Of a stretch of DNA of 29,562 nt, positions 18,300 to 26,672 are shown piece by piece. The translations under genes and the position numbers were made by a program. Each line of letters starts with the position of its first letter. Position 1 is the stretch's first letter. A model generated the notes under the pieces. It did no database searches. It was not told where the DNA came from and worked only from the letters and a program-made list of their open reading frames with translations. The stretch is from a virus (taxonomy: Duplodnaviria > Caudoviricetes): the IMG/VR virus record IMGVR_UViG_3300047308_000080, positions 1 to 29,562 of that record. One strand, given 5' to 3'.

Positions 18300-18843
18300 T
18301 ATAACTTTAAAAGTTAATCAATATTTTCCTCAGCTTGATTCTGCCACAGGTCATGGTAGCCGGATGTGCTTCAGTTCATCGGTTGCTATGGCGGTGAAGT
18401 TTCTGAAGCCGGACTCTCTCTTGGGGGTGAATGCTGATGATGATTATCTCCGTACTGTGTTAAGGTATGGAGATACCACTCAATCCGTAGCACACCTCCG
18501 TGCCTGCTCAAACTACGGCATTAAGGCCTCTTTTCTTACTAACGGCACCCGTACCACTCTTGAAAAGGAGCTAGATGCTGGCTATCCGGTGGCTTGTGGA
18601 ATCCTCCATCACGGTCCTGCTCATGCTCCAACGGGTGGTGGGCACTGGATGCTTGTCATTGGCCTTACGGATACCCATGTGGTGTGTCACGACCCGTATG
18701 GAGCGATGGATAATGCTAACGGAAGCTACCCAATGCCCGGAAAAGGAGGGAAGGGGGTCTCGTATGCCTGGAAAAATTGGTCCAAACGATGGATGGTTGA
18801 AGGAAATGGGTCTGGTTGGTACATGACCTTTCGAAAAACTTAA
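18289..18843 (+). CDS. C39-like cysteine peptidase, endolysin candidate
   Basis: YFPQLDS...RMCFSSS (Gln/Cys), GGGHWMLVIG (His), HDPYG (Asp). Confidence 0.8.
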   Translation: MMTNITLKVNQYFPQLDSATGHGSRMCFSSSVAMAVKFLKPDSLLGVNADDDYLRTVLRYGDTTQSVAHLRACSNYGIKASFLTNGTRTTLEKELDAGYPVACGILHHGPAHAPTGGGHWMLVIGLTDTHVVCHDPYGAMDNANGSYPMPGKGGKGVSYAWKNWSKRWMVEGNGSGWYMTFRKT

Positions 18844-18884
18844 CCATAGCCTGATTAAATTTTATTTCTTTGGAGAATGATTAA

Positions 18885-19220
18885 ATGACTTTTACTGCTT
18901 CTGTTAGCAACGGACTCTACTCTGCTGATGCTGTAGAACCCCTTGGTATTCCTAGTGTTGCTCGTCAACTTACCGCAGCCGCTACCTCCGCTAACACCAC
19001 CCTGACTGCTAATATCAGTCGCATTAGCATCCGTGCCCGCTTCTGTGACATCCGTTACGTTGTTGGTGTCGGCACTCAAACTGCAAGCGCCACCACCTCA
19101 CACTTCATTGCTAATGGTGAACGGCTTGATATTGCTGTTCCCTTTGGAGCAAGCATTGGTGTGATTCGTGATTCAGCAGCCACCGTTAACGGTAGTTTGG
19201 CTGTTTCGGAGCTTATTTAA
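18885..19220 (+). CDS. Hypothetical beta-rich protein, probably virion-associated
   Basis: GGAGA SD upstream; Ala/Thr/Val-rich; capsid-like codon bias. Confidence 0.7.
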   Translation: MTFTASVSNGLYSADAVEPLGIPSVARQLTAAATSANTTLTANISRISIRARFCDIRYVVGVGTQTASATTSHFIANGERLDIAVPFGASIGVIRDSAATVNGSLAVSELI

Positions 19221-19221
19221 G

Positions 19222-20550
19222 ATGAGACTTAACGCAACTAGATTAGGGTCGATTGCTAGTAGCCGTAGCTTTGGAGATCAATTAGATGATCTTGCGGGTC
19301 AGGTGCCGAGCCTTGATCTGAACTTTGCTCGGAATAAAAGTCTGATTGATGATTATAGTGGAACCACACTGGTCACCCATACCCGCGCCAGCAGCGGCAC
19401 GTTTGTGGGTAGCAACGGCGTGCTGCAGACGGCAGCCACTGATGTGCCACGCTTCGACCACAACCCACAGACGGGTGAAAGCCTTGGCCTGCTGGTGGAG
19501 GAGCAGAGGACGAACTTAACTGTTGGTAGTGAACTTTTTACTGGCGGAGGATGGACTCCTGGAGCCATTTCCGTTGCATCTACTACAGTAACAACAGCTC
19601 CAGATGGAAGCAACAATGCTAGTAAACTTACTGAAAATACCGTAGCTTCTCAATTTCACTTTTTAAACTATGCCATAACAAAAGCTGCTTCAGCAATTAC
19701 ATATACATATTCTATTTATTTAAAAGCGGCGGGAAGAGAAGTTGCCTTTAGCATTGCCAGCGGAAGTAATGGTGTTGCTTGTCGTTTTGATGTTGCAACC
19801 GGAGTAATAACTGGAAACGCTGGTACTTTTGGGACAGGTTTTACGGCTGCAATTGCTGCAATTACAGCGGCTAGTAATGGCTGGTATCGGTGTTCATTAA
19901 CGTGTACAACAGATACAACCGTATCACTTACTGCTCAAATTAGTCTTTGGAACACAAGTCTTGCAACAAATGTTTATACAGGTGATGGTGTATCTGGAGT
20001 CTACGCCTGGGGCGCCCAACTCGAAGCCGGAGCATTCCCCACCTCCTACATCCCAACCACGTCCGCAACCGTAACCCGCGCCGCTGATGTGGCCAGCATT
20101 ACCGGGACGAACTTTTCGAGGTGGTATAACCAGACGGAGGGGACGGTGTTCTCTGATGCTACTGTTTCCTACACTGTTCCCGGTTCAGCATTCCCACTAG
20201 TAGTCGGCTTAAATGATGGAACAGCTAACAATAAAATTGTAAATGGGTACCTTACTTCTGCCGGGGCCGGTTTTGAGGTTTCGACAGGAGGTGTTGGGCA
20301 AGCTGGAATTTACCCAAGCACGGCATCAACAAACCGCAAACTTGCCAGTTGCTATCGCCTAAATGATTTTGCTGCCAGTGTTAATGGCGGAACAGTAGGC
20401 ACAGATACTTCTGGAACTGTTCCCACTGTTGATCGCTTGGGCATCAATGTAGTTACTGGTTACAACGCCCTCAACGGCACCATCAAGCGCCTCACCTACT
20501 GGCCCACCCGCCTCGGCAACGAAGTCCTACAACGGATCACGCAACCATGA
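19222..20550 (+). CDS. Spike/fibre protein with carbohydrate-binding and ConA/LamG-like modules
   Basis: PSLDLNF, TRASSGT, PRFDHNP-x-TGESLGLLVEEQRTNL, NGWYRCS, WGAQLEAGAFPTSYIPT...TRAAD, LNGTIKRLTYWPTRL; start placed at ATG 19222. Confidence 0.75.
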   Translation: MRLNATRLGSIASSRSFGDQLDDLAGQVPSLDLNFARNKSLIDDYSGTTLVTHTRASSGTFVGSNGVLQTAATDVPRFDHNPQTGESLGLLVEEQRTNLTVGSELFTGGGWTPGAISVASTTVTTAPDGSNNASKLTENTVASQFHFLNYAITKAASAITYTYSIYLKAAGREVAFSIASGSNGVACRFDVATGVITGNAGTFGTGFTAAIAAITAASNGWYRCSLTCTTDTTVSLTAQISLWNTSLATNVYTGDGVSGVYAWGAQLEAGAFPTSYIPTTSATVTRAADVASITGTNFSRWYNQTEGTVFSDATVSYTVPGSAFPLVVGLNDGTANNKIVNGYLTSAGAGFEVSTGGVGQAGIYPSTASTNRKLASCYRLNDFAASVNGGTVGTDTSGTVPTVDRLGINVVTGYNALNGTIKRLTYWPTRLGNEVLQRITQP

Positions 20551-20849
20551 CTGAACAACTAACCCCCGGCACGTTTTTCCGCTTTCCCGACGAAGCCACC
20601 GGCCTGGCAGCCCTTGATGCTGCTGGCCTGCTGGACCCTGACGGCAACCCCATCACCGCCAGTCACACCCATGCCCTTGACGTGATCGGCTTGATCTATC
20701 GCGGCGGCGAGTGGAACCCCGAAACTGGCGAGGTCATCACCCCACCAACGCTGCTTGACGGTTGGCACGTCAATTACCAAGGAGAACTGCCTGATGGGTG
20801 GGATGCGTATGCGGTATTTCCAGTGAACCCAGTGCGGGTGTGGGCGTAA
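20547..20849 (+). CDS. Hypothetical acidic protein coupled to the spike gene
   Basis: ATGA overlap with the spike stop; ALDVIG, GWHVN, P-x-RVWA; GC-rich like the spike 3' end. Confidence 0.75.
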   Translation: MTEQLTPGTFFRFPDEATGLAALDAAGLLDPDGNPITASHTHALDVIGLIYRGGEWNPETGEVITPPTLLDGWHVNYQGELPDGWDAYAVFPVNPVRVWA

Positions 20850-21076
20850 TGGGACGTGCTAACGAAGAGGCTTTCAACGAATTACACGGCCTCGTCACCA
20901 ATGAACTAATCGGTCGAATCAAGTCTGGCACAGCCACAACACAGGATCTAAAAGCCGCGACCGATTGGCTTGCCAAAAACAACATCACTGGTGTCCCTGT
21001 TCTTGGTTCTCCACTTGCCACCCTCTTTAATAGTCTTGAATTGGAGCTTGAGGATGTCGAAAGGGTCATCAGATGA
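20849..21076 (+). CDS. terS: Terminase small subunit, T7 gp18-like
   Basis: RANEEAFNELHGLVTNELIGRIKSGTATTQDLKAATDWLAKNNITG; TAATG overlap gives start 20849. Confidence 0.8.
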   Translation: MGRANEEAFNELHGLVTNELIGRIKSGTATTQDLKAATDWLAKNNITGVPVLGSPLATLFNSLELELEDVERVIR

Positions 21077-21293
21077 AGATGGAGATGTAACAGGACAACT
21101 ACTGAGAAACCTAGCAGCAACTGCTTTTTTGGGTCTCTTTAGTTGGCACCTAATTACTCTTCATAACATTGCTAAATCAGTTGAGGTGCTTGTCGAAAGA
21201 GTAAGTGCCTCTAACGAAAGAATTGAGCGCCTCGAAAACGAAGTATTCTTTAAGGATCAAACTAATGGCGCCTCGAAAAACAACTACCCCTAA
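21054..21293 (+). CDS. Small membrane protein with coiled coil
   Basis: LAATAFLGLFSWHLITL hydrophobic stretch, then heptad-like VEVLVERVSASNERIERLENEV; GGAG upstream. Confidence 0.6.
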   Translation: MSKGSSDEDGDVTGQLLRNLAATAFLGLFSWHLITLHNIAKSVEVLVERVSASNERIERLENEVFFKDQTNGASKNNYP

Positions 21294-21543
21294 GCGTAGT
21301 GCTGCGTATTACCGGAGTAACCCCGAATCATACGCAAAGAAGCTAGCCTACGACACAAAAGAAAACAAATCCCCAAAGGATAAGAAATATCGGGCTGAAC
21401 TTGCTGATGCGCGGCGGAAACGTGGCGTTATGGGCAAAGGTGGTGACGATCTTTCCCACACAAAGAGTGGCCGACTAGTTAAAGAATCGCCCTCAAAGAA
21501 TCGAGCCAGAAATGGTCACAACGGCAGGAGTTCCCGCAAATGA
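21265..21543 (+). CDS. Basic protein with reduced HNH-like motif
   Basis: MAPRK start; GDDLSHTKSG...SKNRARNG resembles a minimal HNH core without Cys. Confidence 0.7.
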   Translation: MAPRKTTTPKRSAAYYRSNPESYAKKLAYDTKENKSPKDKKYRAELADARRKRGVMGKGGDDLSHTKSGRLVKESPSKNRARNGHNGRSSRK

Positions 21544-21689
21544 ACAAAGGAAATGCTAAGCCTCCAGGGCTTTATGCCAACATGAACAAGCGCCGGGCAG
21601 CTGGAACCAGCCGTTCTAAAAAGAATAGCACGGTCTCTAAGACGGCTTACGCAAACATGAAAGCTGGATTCCCAAAAAAGAAAAAGTAA
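21540..21689 (+). CDS. Small basic protein (49 aa)
   Basis: Hand-translated MNKGNAKPPGLYANMNKRRAAGTSRSKKNSTVSKTAYANMKAGFPKKKK*; ATGA overlap with the previous gene. Confidence 0.75.
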   Translation: MNKGNAKPPGLYANMNKRRAAGTSRSKKNSTVSKTAYANMKAGFPKKKK

Positions 21690-21704
21690 ACTTCACCTGG
21701 ATCA

Positions 21705-22022
21705 ATGCCACTCAAAGATCCGTCTGAATACCTTTACAACCTGAAGGCCATGACTTCCTCCGAAGCAAAAAGATTATGGCGAGCATCCATTAAGGAACAT
21801 TGGAACAATCAATGCGCCTATTGCGGTTCCGATCACAATCTAACTTTGGATCATGTCATTCCAAAAGCTCGTGGTGGACACGATACCACGTCTAACGTAG
21901 TGCCCGCCTGTATCAAGTGTAACCAATCAAAAGGTTCAAACCACTGGTTATCTTGGTGGATAGGTCAGGATTCTTTTGACCACTCAAACTTTTCAAAAGT
22001 CCTTTCTTGGACAACTAGCTAG
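21705..22022 (+). CDS. HNH endonuclease
   Basis: CAYCG...LTLDHVIPKARGG...NVVPACIKCNQSKG. Confidence 0.92.
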   Translation: MPLKDPSEYLYNLKAMTSSEAKRLWRASIKEHWNNQCAYCGSDHNLTLDHVIPKARGGHDTTSNVVPACIKCNQSKGSNHWLSWWIGQDSFDHSNFSKVLSWTTS

Positions 22023-22044
22023 TTAATTTATTTTCTTAAAAACG

Positions 22045-22584
22045 ATGTCTACAACTTCTGACGGAACTACTTACGGTTCTATCTCTAACGCCCCTGGTAA
22101 GCGTGATGAGAACCAGCAAAACAACCGTGTTCGCACCACGACCAATGTGTCCGGTGGAACCACCACCACTACCACTGTTGCTGCCTCCTACGCCTCTGCT
22201 GCCACTACTGTTGCCCTTAACGCAACGGTGGCTGCTGCTGAAACTGCTATCAACACTGTTCGCCGTGCGCGGACTAATCCCTCCACCCTGCCTACCGCAA
22301 AGGTTACGGGAACTGCTACCCGTGCTGAGACCGGCGCTGTTAATACCATCGGCACTCTTGTTGGTGGCACTGGTTATACCTCCGCTACTTATAGCAACGT
22401 TGCTCTGAGTGGTGGTTCTGGTTATGGAGCTACTGCTAACATCACCGTTGCTGGTGGTATTGTGACTGTTTGTACCCGTGTCCGTGGTGGTCAATGGTAT
22501 GTCGTTGGTGATGTGCTGTCCTGTGCTCTGATTGGTCCCGGTACTAACTTCTCCGTGACTGTTACTGCTGTTAACCAGGGTTGA
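22045..22584 (+). CDS. Thr/Gly/Ala-rich putative virion protein
   Basis: GGTGY, GGSGYGATANITV, GQWYVVGDVL beta-rich C-terminal domain; capsid-like codon bias. Confidence 0.75.
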   Translation: MSTTSDGTTYGSISNAPGKRDENQQNNRVRTTTNVSGGTTTTTTVAASYASAATTVALNATVAAAETAINTVRRARTNPSTLPTAKVTGTATRAETGAVNTIGTLVGGTGYTSATYSNVALSGGSGYGATANITVAGGIVTVCTRVRGGQWYVVGDVLSCALIGPGTNFSVTVTAVNQG

Positions 22585-22590
22585 TGGATT

Positions 22591-23421
22591 ATGGCTCCTA
22601 AGAAACCCGTAAAGCCTACTCGCCTTCAAACTAAGGCAAATCAAAAAGATAAGGTGTTGACTGGACCTAAAGGGTCTAAACCTCAATCCACCACGACAAA
22701 CCGTGTTCGTACTCAAGGTGGCACGACCATGAGTAAGCCAAAGCCTAAGCCCGCTGCTAAGCCCAAGCCCCCTACCGCTAAACCTGCGACCCCTAGTGGT
22801 GGGGGTAAAAACTTGTTTGGTGGTGCTGGAAGCAAACCTGCTGCTATTAATAAAGCTGATAGTCAAAAAGCCCCACAGCCTGCTTTTAGAACTAGCAAAC
22901 CCCCTTTCAGTTCAACTGGTAAGCCTACTCGTCCATCCCTTGGTAACGTAAGGCCTGGTCCTGCTGCTGCGGCAGCTCCACGGCAAATAGCACAGGCACA
23001 AGCCCGGGCACAAGGCCAAGCAAACGTTAGAGCTGCCCAACTACGGCGAGAAAATATTGCAAGGGTTCAAAGAGACCTTCGCGGTCAAGTTGGAAAGGCT
23101 TCTGCTCTTCTTGGAAGTCTTCGGGGTGGGGCTGTTCAAGCTATTGCCGATGTTGTGACACCTAAACCTACCGCCAAAGGAACCCTTAAAGGTGGAGGAG
23201 CCACTGGTCCCGCCATGCCTAAGCGCCTTCAGGAACAAGGGTATGCTGCCCAAGAACGCAAAGCACGGGCCAAGAACGAAGCCCGCAAAAAAGCCACTGG
23301 TTCCTCTTCCGCTACTCCAAACACGGCTAAGTCCTTTGACTCTGCCTTCCGGGATGCGCGTCGGGCTAAGGTTAGCACCTTTACTTGGCGGGGTAAAAAG
23401 TATACCACCGAGATGAAGTAG
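22591..23421 (+). CDS. Lys/Pro/Ala-rich basic protein
   Basis: 276 aa low-complexity; C-terminal SFDSAFRDARRAKVSTFTWRGKKYTT mini-domain. Confidence 0.8.
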   Translation: MAPKKPVKPTRLQTKANQKDKVLTGPKGSKPQSTTTNRVRTQGGTTMSKPKPKPAAKPKPPTAKPATPSGGGKNLFGGAGSKPAAINKADSQKAPQPAFRTSKPPFSSTGKPTRPSLGNVRPGPAAAAAPRQIAQAQARAQGQANVRAAQLRRENIARVQRDLRGQVGKASALLGSLRGGAVQAIADVVTPKPTAKGTLKGGGATGPAMPKRLQEQGYAAQERKARAKNEARKKATGSSSATPNTAKSFDSAFRDARRAKVSTFTWRGKKYTTEMK

Positions 23422-23423
23422 TC

Positions 23424-23795
23424 ATGCCCCGCAAACCCGCAAATAAAGTTAGCAAAGGTCGCACACCTAAACCTGCCGCTAATAACATCAAAAGCGTTAT
23501 TAAATCAGAACAAAAAGGCAGAATTAGGGACTTGCAAAATAGGCTTTCTGCTGTTCGCAATAAACTTCCTGTTGGTGCTAATGCTAACAATGCTGTCTTT
23601 AATCGTGGAAACATGATGGGCGGTAAATCACTAAAAGGGATTGGTGCAAGTGGCGCTGTATTACACGCTGCTAGTCCATTTGTAGATAAATTTGGAATAG
23701 CAATGGGTAAAAAGCTCGGCAACAGCGTTTTAAAGCCTGTTGGTCGAGCCATTGATAAAGCTATGGGAACCAAACCCAAAAAGAGGGGTAAATAG
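23424..23795 (+). CDS. Basic hypothetical protein
   Basis: 123 aa, Lys/Arg-rich, tightly packed with neighbours. Confidence 0.7.
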   Translation: MPRKPANKVSKGRTPKPAANNIKSVIKSEQKGRIRDLQNRLSAVRNKLPVGANANNAVFNRGNMMGGKSLKGIGASGAVLHAASPFVDKFGIAMGKKLGNSVLKPVGRAIDKAMGTKPKKRGK

Positions 23796-23797
23796 TC

Positions 23798-23935
23798 ATG
23801 CCCCTATCAAAAGGCAAATCCAGCAAAGCCGTCTCCAAAAACATCTCAAAGATGGTCAAGGAAGGTCGCCCTCAAAAACAAGCTATTGCTATTGCCCTTT
23901 CTAAGGCTGGCAAAGCCCGTCCCAAAAAGGGTTAA
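23798..23935 (+). CDS. Small basic protein (45 aa)
   Basis: Hand-translated [45 protein letters not shown]; pattern recalled from a widespread small phage protein. Confidence 0.8.
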   Translation: MPLSKGKSSKAVSKNISKMVKEGRPQKQAIAIALSKAGKARPKKG

Positions 23936-23940
23936 TTAAA

Positions 23941-24207
23941 ATGGCGCCTAAGAAAAAACCCTACAGAACAGTTAATGAGGCTGCTCACGAAATTGCTCGT
24001 AAGCGCCGGACCAAAGGTCCCCAAGAAGAAGCATTTCGACAACCTTCGGTTCTGGAACAGAATCCTTTTGGTCCAGCAACCAAGCTGAACAAAGCTAAGG
24101 GTTCCCCAAAAACTCACAAAGATGGCCTCCGTGAACCAGTAAACCCACCACGTTCTACTGGAACTAAAAGCCGCAATCGTTTTAAGACAAACGGTTACTT
24201 AGCATAA
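23941..24207 (+). CDS. Basic hypothetical protein
   Basis: 88 aa, MAPKKKP start, fills the gap before terL. Confidence 0.65.
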   Translation: MAPKKKPYRTVNEAAHEIARKRRTKGPQEEAFRQPSVLEQNPFGPATKLNKAKGSPKTHKDGLREPVNPPRSTGTKSRNRFKTNGYLA

Positions 24208-24216
24208 TCCGTCACC

Positions 24217-24249
24217 AGAGGGTGCTGGCAGCTTTATGCTGGCCCCTCT
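24217..24249 (+). promoter_or_regulatory. Hairpin upstream of terL
   Basis: AGAGGG(t)GCTGGCA-gcttta-TGCTGGCCCCTCT with G-U pairs; no U-tract. Confidence 0.4.
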
Positions 24250-24275
24250 ACCCCAATTTAGGTATATCGTATCGT

Positions 24276-26042
24276 ATGACCAAAAACAACAACCCTGTAG
24301 CCGATCCTCGAAGGACCATAGAGGAGCAGCTAAGAAATTCCTTTCCAATCTTCCTTTCCCTTGTATGGAAGTCGCTAGACCTGCCGCGTCCAACAAGGGC
24401 TCAACTTGCCATTGCCGAATATCTTCAAAATGGCCCCAAGCGACTACAGATCTCCGCGTTTCGGGGTCTTGGTAAGTCGTGGATTGCCGCTGCTTTTGTG
24501 TTGTGGACCCTGTGGAATGACATCGACAAGAAGATCCTCGTAGTATCCGCAAGTAAACAACGGGCAGATGACTTCACCATCTTCACTCAAAAGTGTATCC
24601 AAGAGTTTGAGTGGCTCTCTCACATGCGTCCTCAGAATGATGACCAACGATGGAGTCGGGTGTCTTTTGATGTTGCCGGGTGTCGGCCTGCTCAGTCACC
24701 ATCCGTCAAGAGCGTAGGTATCACTGGACAGATCACTGGTAGCCGTGCTGACCTCATTGTGTTTGATGACGTGGAGGTTCCCGCAAACTCCGCAACCGAC
24801 ATGATGCGAGAGAAACTTCTTCAACTGGTGACGGAGGGTGAATCAGTCCTCACACCCAAAAAGGATTCTAGGATTGTTTTTTTGGGAACCCCTCAAACTA
24901 CCTTTACCATCTATCGGACCCTAAGGGAAAGGAACTACCGACCAATGGTGTGGCCAGCTCGCTACCCAAAAAGTCTTGTCGGGTATGAGGAGATTCTTGC
25001 TCCACAGCTCCTGTCGGATATTGAAGACAAGGGCCTTGATGCTATTGCCTGGGCCCCAACGGATACGCGCTTCTCGGAGATCAACCTTCTTGAACGGGAA
25101 CACAGCATGAGCCGAAGCAACTTCATGTTGCAGTTTATGCTCGACACCTCCCTGTCGGATTCCTTAAAGTTCCCCCTCAAGCTCAGCGACTTCTCAGTGA
25201 TGCCCCTCGACCCTGGGAAGGGGCCTTCGGACGTTGTTTGGGGTGCTGATAAGGAAACCCTTCTCGACATGCCTGCTGTGGCTCTTCCTGGTGACAGGTG
25301 GCATCGACCCAAAAGTACCATCGACTACGTCCCCTACAACCAAACCATCATTGCTGTGGACCCCTCCGGTAGGGGAAAGGACGAAACAGTAGCCGTAGTC
25401 CTGTCACAGATCAATGGGTTCATCTTTTTGAGGGACATGCTGGCTACGCAGGATGGTTATTCGGATACTACCCTTCGGGGCATCCTAACGCTTGCAAAGA
25501 AGTACGGAGCCAGCGTCTGCCTCATTGAGTCTAACTTTGGTGACGGGGCAATCATGGAACTCATGAAGAAACATGCCCAGGAAATGAAGGTCGGCATGAT
25601 GTTTGAAGAGGTAAGAGCCACGACACGAAAGGAGGATCGGATTATTGATACCCTAGAGCCGGTCCTCAACCAACACCGCCTCATCATTGACCAGAAGCTC
25701 ATCGATTGGGACTACCGCAGCAACCCCGAAATGGCACCCGAGGAACGCCTACCCCGTATGCTCATGTACCAGCTTACTCGGATGTGCCGTGAGAAGGGGG
25801 CGGTTAAACACGATGACCGAGTGGATGCCCTAGCTCTTGGAGTCAAGTACTTTCAGGACATCCTCGCCATCTCCGCAAAGGAGCAAGAGATCAACCGGTC
25901 CCGACAACAGTGGTCAAATATGGTGGAGGGGTTCCTCTCTGCCCCCACTTTGGCTACGGATCTGCTGGTCGCGGGAAGCACCTTTGACGACCCCATCACC
26001 CACGAAGAGGGACCCATCGTTTCGTGGATTTCTCACCGGTAA
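24276..26042 (+). CDS. terL: Terminase large subunit, T7 gp19-like
   Basis: Walker A AFRGLGKSW, ITGSRADLIVFDDVE (Walker B), LGTPQ, nuclease VDPSGRGKDE and HDDRVDALA; start placed at ATG 24276. Confidence 0.97.
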   Translation: MTKNNNPVADPRRTIEEQLRNSFPIFLSLVWKSLDLPRPTRAQLAIAEYLQNGPKRLQISAFRGLGKSWIAAAFVLWTLWNDIDKKILVVSASKQRADDFTIFTQKCIQEFEWLSHMRPQNDDQRWSRVSFDVAGCRPAQSPSVKSVGITGQITGSRADLIVFDDVEVPANSATDMMREKLLQLVTEGESVLTPKKDSRIVFLGTPQTTFTIYRTLRERNYRPMVWPARYPKSLVGYEEILAPQLLSDIEDKGLDAIAWAPTDTRFSEINLLEREHSMSRSNFMLQFMLDTSLSDSLKFPLKLSDFSVMPLDPGKGPSDVVWGADKETLLDMPAVALPGDRWHRPKSTIDYVPYNQTIIAVDPSGRGKDETVAVVLSQINGFIFLRDMLATQDGYSDTTLRGILTLAKKYGASVCLIESNFGDGAIMELMKKHAQEMKVGMMFEEVRATTRKEDRIIDTLEPVLNQHRLIIDQKLIDWDYRSNPEMAPEERLPRMLMYQLTRMCREKGAVKHDDRVDALALGVKYFQDILAISAKEQEINRSRQQWSNMVEGFLSAPTLATDLLVAGSTFDDPITHEEGPIVSWISHR

Positions 26043-26233
26043 ACGGGAACCGCGAATTTCCTCGAAACCCCTTGCTACCACTGGTCCCAAAAGAAGGTGC
26101 CCCCTATTACCCAGAGAAGTGGTGCTCTTTGGGTGTGGAAACAGCGGACTTGGGGCGCGTCTTGCGTCCGCTTGGGGGGAAAAGAAGGGGGGTCTTCCTC
26201 TTTCTCTTCCCCTCTGTGGCTGTTTTCAGGTTA

Positions 26234-26411
26234 ACCGTATCCCGTCTCAAGGGGGAGTCAATCCCCAAACCTGTAAACCCCAGGGGAACGGGTACGGGTA
26301 TGGACGGACGGACCTCCTCCGGGGGGTTCGACAACTCAAAGGGAAACCCTAGTGTTTACTAAGCGAGCGAAGCGAGCGTCCTACTAGCCCAAGGGAAGAC
26401 ACAGTAAACGC
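26234..26411 (+). other. GC-rich multi-hairpin non-coding segment
   Basis: Several complementary segments read by eye (see findings); function unknown. Confidence 0.4.
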
Positions 26412-26469
26412 GACCACTGTAAATAAAAACAAGAAAAAAAAGACAAAGGAAAGACAAATGTTCCTTATT

Positions 26470-26521
26470 TATATTACTGTTAATATTGGAAGCGAAGCGC
26501 CTGTATATTACTGTTAATATT
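26470..26521. repeat. 18-bp direct repeat TATATTACTGTTAATATT x2 flanking GCGAAGC
   Basis: Copies at 26470-26487 and 26504-26521; each holds the inverted repeat ATATTA-ctgt-TAATAT. Confidence 0.85.
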
Positions 26522-26672
26522 CTTGTTGATGTTCCTTAATAACATTAATAACAATAATTAACATTAATAATATTCTTATTCTTGTTTATTGTTCTTAGGG
26601 GAAGAATGTATTACGATAGGTAGTAATATGATATATAGCGACCTATCGCGATACAGCTGTTATAGAAAGGAA

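Noticed and set aside
15357-20550. Diversity-generating retroelement or invertible tail fibre cassette
   Set aside because: No reverse transcriptase, recombinase or template/variable repeat pair seen in the window.
21227-21279. Direct repeat GCGCCTCGAAAA 41 bp apart
   Set aside because: Real, but within coding sequence and with no interpretable boundary; may be chance or a small local duplication.
22036-22866. 276-aa antisense ORF (likewise 13030-13806 and other minus-strand ORFs)
   Set aside because: Shadows of plus-strand genes; Ser-rich sequence mirrors GCT/ACT codons.
25837-26362. ORFs 25837-26352 and 26024-26362
   Set aside because: Overlap terL or the GC-rich hairpin region; Pro/Gly/Arg-rich with no motif; a short real gene cannot be fully excluded.
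26040-26420. tRNA or hammerhead ribozyme
   Set aside because: A GGTTCGA is present near 26325 but no cloverleaf could be built; no CUGAUGA core.
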